Positions 10,401-22,231 of a stretch of 64,000 nt of DNA are shown piece after piece. The stretch lies in the NCBI RefSeq assembly GCF_009914755.1, contig NC_060925.1; one strand, written 5' to 3'. The notes beneath the pieces were generated by a model. It ran no database searches, was not told the DNA's origin, and worked only from the letters and a program-made list of their open reading frames with translations. The stretch's first letter is position 1. Each line of letters starts with the position of its first letter. A program made the translations under genes and the position numbers. The DNA is from the human T2T-CHM13v2.0 reference genome, Homo sapiens.

Positions 10401-12799
10401 TACTGATGCTCTTCCCAGGTTTTCATCTGTATCGGATTCCGCATGTGTCACAATTGCAAAGCAATTGCACATTTTTTATTTTATTTGATCTTAATAGCAA
10501 CCCCTTGAAGAAATGAGGAACAGATTATTATACCCATTATGGAGCTGAGGAAGCTGAGGCTCAGGAAGCTTTAATGACTTGTTGAAAATTCCACAGCATG
10601 GAACCCAGATAGAACTAGGTCATCTCATTTCTAGTACAATACTCTGTCTACTTCATCCTGCTAAGTGTTGTGGACAGATGGGGAATTGGGTAGTTGTGGA
10701 GCATGCCCTAAATCATTGCCTTGAAACCAAAGAACTGAGAAACCCAAGTCTGAGGAGAGAAGGAAGAAGAGAGCTAAGAGTGCTTCTCAAACTTTTCCAC
10801 AGAAGCATCCCTTACGGCAGAGGAGAGAACTACTTGCACTTCTCAGGAAGATATAGATGTGTAGTCCAAAAGGAAGTTTTTTGAAGTTGTTCATTCATTT
10901 GTGTAACAATTATTTATTGAGCACATGCCACACTCCAGGCCTGTGCTAAGTTCAGCAGCACAACACTGCACATGGTTTCTGTCCTCAAAAAGTTCAAGGA
11001 AACAGATGATCCACCAAGCAATTCACAAACCATAATCTGGAGCCTGAGGTTCCCATCTAATCATGCCTTCAGAACACAGTCACAGGCAGACAGTCCAAGA
11101 AGAAGTCACATAAAAACAGAAGCCTAAAAGAGAGGCAGGGAGAGGGCAGGAGGGAGAGAAATCTAGGTGGAAAGAAGGCATGTACATAAGCCCAGAGGTA
11201 AGAGAAAACGCCTCTTTTAAGGCAAACAGTAAAATTAAGAGATTTAGACACATTGACCTTCATCAAGATTCCCTCGCCTTAGTCTAGGAAAGGTATAATC
11301 ATAATAGAATGGTTTGGAAGTTAGACCTGTGTGCCCTTAGGAGAATTTCTTAATCTCTCTGCAAGACAGTATTCTCATCTGAAAAATGTAGATAATAATA
11401 GCCACCTCACTATTTTCTAATGAAAGTTAAATGAAAAAGTATGCAAAAGGCCTAGCACAATGTCTGACACACAGTAAGTGCTTAATTTGTATTTTACTAA
11501 CCCAGGTTATAGCCCGGGTGTTATAACCCAGGTTTACTAACCTCATCAAAACCAATATTATCCATTCAAAGGATAACATAATCAGGTGTGGTCTGATTGT
11601 TTCAAAGAAGAATAAATGACCAAGATGAAGCCTAGAAAAGAAGTCAGAGAAAGGTCAACTGTCAGGATGTTTTCAGTATGCCTAGAGAAAGTCCTAAAAT
11701 ATTCCAATTCTCATTGGCAACCCTGCTTTTCCCAATAGTTAGATGAATACTTCACATCAGCCCCCAGTCCCAAGGTCATACCAATGTCCTATGCATTGAG
11801 TCAGGCCCACAGAACCTATATAGCCGTAGACTCACACAGTCATGAACCAAAGGACTCTACCTGAGAGGTAGAATATGTGAGAGACCGATCCTCCACACAT
11901 TCTACCTCATCTCCCCAAAAGTTACAAACTATCATCATTTTATGCCACAGTGTGACTACCACATGTTTGTTGATTTTTACTGTTTTACTCAGAGTGGTGA
12001 GCATTAAAGCCCTTTAAATTAAAAAGACTTGAGTATTTACTTGGGGGAATAGCAAGAAAGTCAAAGGTTTCACTGCTGTTTCTCAGCTGGCATAAGAAGA
12101 GAGGTACTGGATGAAGAAAGAGGGTGAGGCAGCTCTAACAGGAGAAGGAAAGTTAGCTCAGCCCTTGGTCACACACCGGGGACCGAACAGGCTGTGGCAG
12201 AGGAATGGACCTTAACTCTTAGCAATCAGATGTGTTAAGGTTCCTTTGATGCTGAAGCACTTCCAGCCTCTTCTCAGACCCTCATTCAGAGACCCCAGAC
12301 AGCAATCCTTTCCAAGCTTTTCTTCCTATAATTTTGATCTATCTTTTCTTTGGGTCAATGACAATATCATTTACCTTGGCTCAGGATGCAACACCTCACA
12401 TATACAGAGGTCTCAAAGAATGCCTAAGGGAGTACAGTGTGTCTGAGCATAAAATGCAGCAGCTGTCAGTGTAGAGCTTCTTCTTATTCAAAATGAAAAA
12501 ACAAACACTTTTCCACAACTTCATGGACCACCAACCACGGGACAAAATATGAGGAGCCTACTTCTCTTGCTCCCCAGGTTCCTGTTTTGATCACATCCCC
12601 GTGGGAAAGGAGATGAAGCTCCATTCATCAGTGCTAAGAAAGGCTCCCCAACCATGCCATGGCCATGCTATTGGAATGGAAATACCTGCTTTCCAGACAC
12701 CAGATCTGGCTTCTAGGGTTGAACTACATCCCGTCTCCCCTTTCCCAACTGACCATGCCTTCAGTGCACAATCACAGATACACAGTTGGTGGAAAGTAC

Positions 12800-12881
12800 C
12801 TTGAATGCTGGTCACCAGGAGTGACAGAGGCAGCAGTAGCAATTCCAGAGCCAGACACGAATCCCAACCTCTGGAGCACAT
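12800..12881 (-). CDS. CD48: CD48 exon 1 (signal peptide); remaining exons lie left of the window
   Basis: MCSRGWDSCLALELLLLPLSLLVTSIQ-G is the CD48 leader. 82 nt, phase-1 donor CAAG|GTACTT at 12799. Adjacent to SLAMF7 and hosts HERV-K18 in intron 1. Confidence 0.96.
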
Positions 12882-13100
12882 GCTTCCTTCCAGAACTTCC
12901 CAGCAACGCAGGAGACAGTTGAGAGCCTGGCTAGAAAAAGGCCGGGGCTAAAAACGGAACTTACCAAACAGGGTTAGAGAGAAAAAAAAAAAAACCACTG
13001 AGATTTTCTCTCCACCCAGCACACTTGTGTGGGGCCCCAGAAACCAGAAACCGGAGGTCTTGTAAATTTTTTTATCTAAGAGCATCACGGAAACTGAGAA
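12882..13100 (-). promoter_or_regulatory. CD48: CD48 5' UTR and proximal promoter (inferred)
   Basis: Immediately upstream of the ATG, with several GGAA/TTCC ETS-type cores and no clear TATA. TSS cannot be fixed from sequence. Confidence 0.55.
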
Positions 13101-13496
13101 CAATTTTGTTTGAAGGTACATGAGTGCTTTTTTGTAGGGGGAAGATTCATAGCTTCTACTGTACTCTCAGGGGGGCCAGTACTCAGAAAATAATAAGGGA
13201 CCCTGATAGAGAATGTCTGCTTTTCGTTCCCAGGCAGGAATCCCTCTGATTAATTCAGGGGCTAAGACATAGGAGCTTCCCAGTCAAGCCTGGGTAGGTG
13301 TCATTCAGAGCCTGAAGTCTGGGAAATCAGACCCACGTAGCCTTTGTGCTGCATATCTTACCCCCAGCACCACCCTCTGCTCTTCTTCCTTTATGATAAT
13401 TCACTATTTGAAGTTTGACATCAGCCTATCCACTGAACATCAGAAAAAAAGTAAGATTACTTGGCCCAAAAGAATGGATTTCCCACCCTTGTAGTC

Positions 13497-14199
<703 letters not shown>

Positions 14200-14377
14200 T
14201 GTCTAGGAAATTTCAAGCTCATTCCTATTGAATGTAAATTAGTTATTTGCCCACCCAGGACCCACAGGCAAGCCACAGTTCCTGATATAACATATTTGTA
14301 ATCACTTTTTAATTGGGGACATTTCTGATTCTCAACATGGAGATGAACAATAAAATGTCTGCTCTTCTCAGTCCTCA

Positions 14378-14840
14378 AACCTGAAGGACATTATGTTAAG
14401 TGAAATAAGTCATGCACAGAAAGATAAAAAACCACGTTCCCAATCATATATGGAAGCTTAAAAAATGAGCTCATAGAAGTAGAGAGTAAAATTGTGGTTA
14501 TCAGAGGCTGGGAAGGGTAGAGGGAAGTGGAGGATGGGAAGAAGTTGGTTAATAGATACAAAGTTACAGCTAGAGAAGAGGAATAAGTTCCAGCATCCTG
14601 TAGCACTATGGAGTGAATACAGTTAAGAATAATTTAATGTATATGTTCAAAAAGCTAGAAGAGAGGATTTGGAATGTTCCCAACACAAAGAAATGATCAA
14701 TGTTTGAGGTGATAGGTATCCTAATTGCTTTGATTTGATCATCACACATTGAATACATGTATCAAAATATTACTCTGTATCCCATAAATATGTATAATTA
14801 TTATATGTCAACTAAAAATAAAAGGGAAAAAAACATAAAA
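14378..14840 (+). mobile_element. Old L1 (L1MA-like) 3' end
   Basis: AACCTGAAGGACATTATGTTAAGTGAAATAAG...GATTTGATCATCACACATTG...A-rich tail. Confidence 0.85.
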
Positions 14841-15194
14841 GTGAAAAGAAAGAACCCTGCAAATAAAATTTGAAACAACACCAGAATCAAATTCCTCTTG
14901 GTCAAATTGTTACACTTTGGAACTGTGTGTTATATTTTTCCTATAAATTGATTTAACCTTAGGATACGACCCTGCTCCTTCAGCAAGAAAAGATAACATT
15001 GTATTAGATTTTTAAAAGAGACCCTGTAAATTAATGTTACATTCTCTTTTTTGGGGGGAGGGGGGCACAGGCTCCCACTCTGTCACCCAGTCTGGAGTAC
15101 AGTGACCACTATGCATGGCTATTTTTTTAAAATTTTTTATAGAGATGAGGTCTCACCATGTTGCCCAGGCCAGTCTTGAACTCCTGAGCCATAG

Positions 15195-16217
15195 GATCCA
15201 CACTCAGTCAGTGGCAGGACGGGGAGTGCTGTGACCTGCTTCCACCTTGGGCACCAGTGTCTAAATGAAGGGAACACAGTGGCACTAAGAAACTCGGAGA
15301 TGCCAGCAACTGCGGAGCCCTAAGGGGTGTTACAGCTTTGCTTGGGGAATCCCAAGGCCTGAGACCCCAAGAAATGTTACAGCTCTCTCTCTCGTTCCTG
15401 CCACCTGCAGCTCAGCAAATGAGGGCACCTCACAGCTCTTGTTCAGTCCCACTGCCTGCAGCTCAGCAAATGGGGGCATGTCACAGCTCTTATTTAGTCT
15501 TGCTGCCTGCAGTTCAGTGAATGGGGGTGTGTCACAGCTCTCACTTGGTCCCAGTGCCCACAGCTCAGCAAATACGGGTATGTTACAGCTTGTTCCTGCC
15601 ACCTGCAGCTCAGCAAATGAGGGCACCTCACAGCTCTTGTTCAGTCCCACTGCCTGCAGCTCAGCAAATGGGGGCATGTCACAGCTCTTATTTAGTCTTG
15701 CTGCCTGCAGTTCAGTGAATGGGGGTGTGTCACAGCTCTCACTTGGTCCCAGTGCCCACAGCTCAGCAAATACGGGTATGTTACAGCTTGTTCCTGCCAC
15801 CTGCAGCTCAGCAGGTCCCGGGTTCTTGTCCTGCAACCAAGAGGAATAAAGCATGCAGACAACGGAGAGTGAGTAGGGCAGAGAATAATTTTATTGAGTG
15901 ACAGAAGGAAAGCTCTCAGCAAAGAGGGGACCAGACAGTGGGTAGACCACTGTGTGAGAGGGGCCCCAAAACAGGTAGCCCTCTGTGAGGCTGAGTCTGG
16001 GGTTTTCATGGGCTCAGATTTGTCCATAGGCAGGCCTGGAAAAAGCACCATTCGATTAGCTAAAAGGTATCAAGGAAGTTCTCACTCTGGTTGTGGACTC
16101 TACCCAGAACTGGCAGCCCAGTTTTCAGGCTTTAAACTGTCTTTGTCTTGAAAGTCTAGTTTCACCAGGGACCCTTTTCTATCTGTCCAGGAATTTGTCT
16201 GTCTCCTGTCGCTATCA
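15195..16217 (-). mobile_element. ERV1 LTR (LTR27/LTR28/LTR1 group), 3'-truncated, flanked by two headless Alu fragments (15050-15195 -, 16218-16322 +)
   Basis: Minus strand starts TGATAGCGACAGGAGACAGACAAATTCC, has a poly(A)-signal region near 15890 and repeated GCTGTAACA/GCTGTGACA U5 units. Confidence 0.75.
15394..15813. repeat. Minisatellite with a perfect 198-bp higher-order repeat (~2.1 copies; monomers 51+51+51+45 bp)
   Basis: GTTCCTGCCACCTGCAGCTCAGCA recurs at 15394, 15592 and 15790; duplicated peptides are visible in the ORF track. Confidence 0.95.
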
Positions 16218-16359
16218 CTTTGGGAGGCCGAGGAGGGCAGATTGCCTGAGCTCAGGAGTTTGAGAGCAGCCTGGGCAACATGGCAAAACCCCATCTCTAC
16301 TAAAAGTAAAAATAAAAATAAATGTTAAAATACCTCCTTTGAATGTTGTTGTGAAAAGT

Positions 16360-16803
16360 TGAAGAAAGGAAAGAACTTTTATCTGAAGAATGTGAGTCCT
16401 TCAAATTATCAGAGAGACATTTAAATGAGACAGAAATCACATTTTACTTCCCCCTACTCCACCTTTGGGCTATGTATTCACCTCTTAAAACTACTTGCTA
16501 TTGCTGCAAGTAACCATAAATTAATCTAATAATGCTGCACTGGACATATAACCCACACCTTACAGCTTAACAATATGTAACCAATCACTAATTAATGTTA
16601 TTTCTGCAAACCAATGAGAATTCCAAAAAAAAAACTTTGTATCACTTTTTTTGCCTTTAAAAACCTGCTTGTAACAAAGGCTGAGCAGAGCTCAAAACCA
16701 AGGTTACTTGGGTCTGAGTCTTCCAGGCAGCTGTCCTCCCTTTGGCTCAAGTAAAGTCTTCAAATCATATTTTGTGTTTCAGCCTCTTTCTTTTAGATTG
16801 ACA
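16360..16803 (+). mobile_element. ERV1 solo LTR (MER67-like)
   Basis: GAAAGAACTTTTATCTGAAGAATGTGAGTCC...AAACCAATGAGAATTCC...TTTAGATTGACA; TG...CA termini. Confidence 0.7.
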
Positions 16804-17954
16804 AGTAAACAGCTCTATAATTCTCAACAGTCTGCTTAGATGTGAATTAATAGCCATGGGATATAGGCTGATGTTAAAACAAAGGATGAAATATAAACTT
16901 AAGCCAAGGAATCTTCCTCCTTTTGCATGGTAACAGCGGGCACTGAAGTACTATGGGTGCCCATTCTGAGGTTCAGGACTAGCTAGTTAGGCTTCTGCAT
17001 AGATTCAAAAACAAGTCTGAGAGAAGTGACCAATAAAGGCTCAAAAGCCCTCTCCCTGCCCTAAGTGAATCAGCTGTTCTTGCACCAAAGCCCTGGTTGC
17101 AGAAATCCCTGAAGTTTGGGCATACCCAGAGGTGGGGCTGCAAAGACCCTAGAAGATGAAGTACAGGTCAACAATCCTCATGATGTGAATTAAAATACAC
17201 ACTCTTCTCAGTATCTAATCTGGTGGGCACTTGACCTACTGCTTGACTTTGACAAAGTGATAGTAATGACAGAAGCTATTATTTTCTGTGTATCTACTAA
17301 GTCAAGTACTTGCCAGGACCTTTGCCTATATTATCTCATTTAATCCTCCAACATTTTACAGAAGGATCAGGTTTCAAAAACAAAAACAACAACAAAACAA
17401 CAAAATAATAATCCTCCAACATTCACATGAGGATATTTATAAACACTATTCTTATTTTACGGAAGAGATAACTGAGGTTCAGACAAGTCAAATGGCTTGC
17501 CCAAGGGCATTTTGCTAATTAGAACCAGAATCAAAATTCAAATCTACGTCTGTCTGATGCTCCAGCTGGCATGCCTAACTACTATGCACACAGACTCTGG
17601 GGTTATCAAGGTTCTGGGCATCAGGGGATCTGCAATATGCCTACAAGAAATGGAGAACACATAGGAAACACTATGAGAGTCATGCCAATGTGAAATTAGG
17701 AACTCAGAGAATATAGGGCCTTGAGTAGCCCAAAAATGTTCAAGGAGGGGTATGGTATTGAGCTGAGGATGGAAGACAGACCCCTGGTAGGTTAAGCAGG
17801 GCCTTGAATGCCACAACAGGCACAGCTTTGCTAGTGCCTGGAGAGTGAGAGAAAGTGAAGTCATTCCAATAAATTTTCCCCAGAAACAATGAGAGCAAAG
17901 ATAGGAACAGGGTCGATCTCCCAGAAGATAGAATTGATGAGAACAGGTGGCTAA

Positions 17955-18528
17955 TGTTACAGTAGGTAGTCAGGCAGACGTGAGCAGGGCAGGAGAGAGC
18001 CTCCCACACCACCAGCAATGACAGGCGACCATCAGGTGATGGTCAGACAATTGTTAATGTGCCTCTCTAAAATAATAATTGGTCGCAGCCAGCACCAGGG
18101 CATGGTGGCTCATGCCTACAATCCCAACACTTCGGGAGGCCAAGGCAGATGGATTGCTTAAGAACAGGAGTTTCAGACTAGCCTGACCAACATGGTGAAA
18201 CCCCGTCTCTGCTAAAAATACAAAAACTAGCCAGACGTGATGGTGAGCACTTGTAATCCCAGCTATTCAAGAGGCTGAAGCATCAGAATCACTTGAACCC
18301 AGGAGGCAGAGGTTGCAGTGAGCCAAGATCATGCCACTGCACTCCAGCCTGGGCAACAGAGAGAGACTCTGTCTCAAAGAAAAAAGAAAGAAGAGAAGAA
18401 GAACGCCTCAGGTGAGCATGCATACAACTCCAGTGAACACACTGAATGTGTGGCCCCTCCCAAGTACTAGCAGGCCACTGCGCATGCAGACAGCCCACCC
18501 CAAGGAAAGAATCAGGGAGAAGGGACAC
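17955..18528 (+). mobile_element. MER50 5' LTR, damaged (Alu at 18095-18397; R/U5/PBS deleted)
   Basis: Aligns to the 3' LTR up to GGGAGAAGGGAC, then jumps to internal sequence. Confidence 0.85.
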
Positions 18529-19568
18529 TAACGTACTTTGGTTCCATGACTCAGATTTGTTCTCTGGTTGTTAGAGATCTCTACACCTCGCCTTCTTTGG
18601 CTGGAGTCATTCAACCCACATATGTGGTTTTCTTCTCCCTTTTGCTCTCCTGCTTACTAACCAACCCCTAAAACAATTCCTCTCTGCCGTCCTGGACAGG
18701 AGGCTTGCAAGAGTGATAGGGCTAAAGCCTGAGACTGTGCAATTTCTGGGGTTTCCTCTGCTTTTTCAACTAAAATTGGCTCTTTCCCCAAAACCTGCGG
18801 TGCCTATTCTCCTGCTTTCTCTGGATGTATTCTGAAATGGCCTTGCGCACCCACTGAACCGTCCACCTCGGGGGCAATTTGCCTTTTCTCTGTTTTCATT
18901 TTTCATGCCATGTAACTTCTTAGGCACACACTCCCAGTTGCTCTTGTGCCCGTGGCTCTTGCTGTGGCCCATGGCTCTTGCTGTGTTTGTGTAGCAGCAA
19001 AGACATGGGCTCCCTTCTGGATATCCCTTGAGATTTACATTTGTTCTTACCCTACCAGCTCAGATGACCTCCAACCCTTTCCCTGTCTGCTAGCACATTG
19101 CCAGGACAGATACTAATGGGAACCTCAGCTCTGCCAATTCCTTATGACTTATCATATGCTTTTTATCCCCATTATGTCCCAGGGCCAAATTTTCTGGTGC
19201 CTTCTGAAGCAGTTTGTCCACCTGCGTAGGACCTCATTCTGTGGTCCTTTAAGAACCCTGCCTATGTGATTTTTTTGAGTTAGCACCCCTTTGGGAGGAG
19301 GGAAAATTCTTCCTTTGCCATTTGTGAGTTTTTACTCCAAGCCTCAAGTCCTCCAGAGGTTACTACTTTATGTTAAGAGGGCAAATAAAGGTTGTCCTCT
19401 CAAATCCAAAGGCTGCTGTTTTTGTGGGAACATGAAGCCTTTCCGTGAGTATCTCCCTCACTTCCTCCCTCTTCCTCGGTAGCCTCCATTTCTCTAATCA
19501 CTTCCACACCCTTCACAACATTCATCAAAGCTTTCAAGTTCCTATTCAAACAAAGGGAAGTCCAGCTA

Positions 19569-19754
<186 letters not shown>

Positions 19755-21977
19755 TTATCTACTTAAAAAATGTGGGAAATGGGAATCTGAGAAAAGAGAG
19801 AATCATTTTGTTGCTAGAATGCTCCAAGCAAGAGTCACTATAAGGTCATGGAGACAAGGATATAGGCCGGCCCAAGGCCACAGGGGTAAGAGAGTCATAG
19901 GACAGAGATGAAGGTTGGTCCCAGGCTAACAGATTACCATTAGAACAGAGATAAAGGCAAGGTTAGGGGCACATGGTAAGACCAGTTTATTCTGGAGCCC
20001 CAAGAATGAACAGGAGGCCCCCTCTTCACTCCAGTATCTCCTCTGTTCTCAAGTGGGTAATTGTGATGAGACGGGACCAAGGTTAAGGGTACATGGGAAG
20101 ACTGGTTCATTCCAGAACCCTAAGGATGACTAGGGGAACACCTTATTCTGGATAAAAGGAAGTAAGAGGGGACATCTTCTTTTTCTTTTTCCTTTTATTC
20201 TGTTCTGTTCTCTTTTCACAGACAGATAATCACGTCTCCATACCACAGGATATGACCTTTGGATGCATCCCCCAAAACTGAGAAAAGTTTGATTTCCTCA
20301 ACCCTTAAAACAAAAAACTAGTTTTCCTTTGTAATACTGTCTGGCCTAAAAATAAACAGAGAAAATTACAAAAGTCACCCTTAGATCCCAGTCCCCTTAT
20401 GCAGGAAATCTTCAAATTAGCCTCCTAAGTCTTTTATAACTGAGAGCAGAATAAGGAGGACAGAACCAAAGAAAAGGAGAAATGCAGGGACAAGAGGCAG
20501 GCTCAACTACTGGCTGCTTTACAAGCTCTCCAGCCCCCTCCAGGTAACTGCCATTTGTGCAAGAAGACAGGCCGCTGGAAGGTAAACTGCCCCAATGGGA
20601 TAAATCGGAAAAATACCTGCACAGCTTGTCCCCTCTACCACAAGCTCAGCCACTGGAAAAAGGATTGTCTTTAAGGCTAAAGGGCCCCTGGGACAGAATC
20701 CCAACCCCTGACGACCTTGAGCTCTCTCTACTCTGCCTGGCTTCTAAATTAGACACTACCATCAATAGGGCAAAATCAAGGGAAACTCTGGAGGTGTCAA
20801 GTACAATTATAATTCCCTTTCGCATTCAACAACTGCCTACTCTGTGCTAATCTTTTTCTCTGAGCAACTCTCCTCCAAATTCTGTCAGGTAAAGGGGACA
20901 AATGGCACCCCGTCCCTCCAAAAGAAAAGATTCACACTCCTTTATATTACTTAAGGGGCTAACTGCCATTCTCCCACCAGTCCCTGGTAATGTCTAAATA
21001 CCCCACACCTCTTTGGGGCAAAAATATGCTTTTCAAGATGGGTGCCTATTAAATATTTACCCAACCTCTGAATTCATCTTTCTCTCTATCCCTATTTCTC
21101 TTGGGGAAGCTACCTAAATCTTTAACCAATAACTTCAATCTAGACAGTTCTAACTCAGGGGCTTAGAAATAGCCCACACTTATTCAGATAAACCCTAGAA
21201 AAATCTAAATGAACAATCTTTTGAGGGGGGATATCTTCTACAGTATGCAGATAACTTTCTAATTTGCTTCCCCTTCACAGGACTTACTCAGCAACATGCA
21301 GTACAAACCTTAACTTTCTAACAGAAGGAAAATGACTTTTGTCTAATTCAAAGGTTATAAAGGTAAAGGGGTATTTTGGGTAAGGAACGTTAAAAGAAAA
21401 TATATTTTGTATGACAAGGGTCTTGTATGGTAAATTCTTGTCTTAAAGTAAAATAACTGGTTGTCTAAAAAGAAGGACATTTAGGACAAGTCCAAAAGTC
21501 AAAGCATAGATGGTCTGTGTAAGTTGTGGAAGGGAATGTATGAAAGAAATGTTCTACAGTTTTAAAGTTTATGAGGCCTACTAAGCATTTCATACACTGC
21601 TACTATGACTCTTAACAGTGCAACTGGCCTGCTTTAAAGCTAGTTAAGGCTTGGGGACATATAGAGTTAGCCATGCCCCCTAACCATGTGGGAACGAGTC
21701 AGACCTTATCTGCATTCCTCTCTGGTGTTCCAGGCTTGAGACTACTGGAAAAACAATTTTACATGCAAGACATTTAAGGAAAGTAGAATGTGCTTTTGGT
21801 AAAAGATCATAAGAAGACTTGGGAATATGGATTTTTTTTGCCTAGTTTAGAAGGTTAAAGGACAGTTTTAAGTTAGCTAAGATAAAGCTGAAGGTTTAAG
21901 CAAGTGGTAGAAGGCTTATGAAAGATTAATCTTGTAAAAGAATTTCTGTGTGTGAGCATATTAGCTAAAATTAAATT

Positions 21978-22231
21978 TCATCACTAGAAAAAGTTTTTTC
22001 CTTATGCCCCACAGAAGGGAGTGAAGTGGGGGGAGGAGCCACTTCCTGTTGTTCTGGTTCCTGTTTTTCTTTTCTCTTTAAAATTCCTGAATTCCCTTCA
22101 GGTGGAGAAAATGGGCAGTCTGACTTACTGTGATCTGGCACATAAAGGGGGTATAACGCAGAGCATACTAGACTCGATGTGGTCAAAATGGTAACATTAG
22201 TAAAATGGCCCTGCTCAAATCCTCTTTTCAG
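21978..22231 (-). repeat. 254-bp dispersed copy of class II gag sequence 24777-25025, flanked by 9-bp AAAATTAAA direct repeats
   Basis: Roughly 90% identical by eye to 24777-25025. AAAATTAAA at 21967-21975 and 22236-22244. Confidence 0.93.

Noticed and set aside
12591-12799. Continuation of the CD48 ORF to 96 aa
   Set aside because: Read-through past the exon 1 splice donor into the intron; not CD48 sequence.
15394-15813. CRISPR-like appearance (recurring motif with variable intervening sequence)
   Set aside because: Eukaryotic LTR minisatellite; the intervening sequences are themselves homologous and repeated, and there are no cas genes.
15330-15854. 174-aa and 136-aa repetitive ORFs on opposite strands
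   Set aside because: By-product of a minisatellite whose units are multiples of 3 inside an LTR; no gene structure or recognisable domain.
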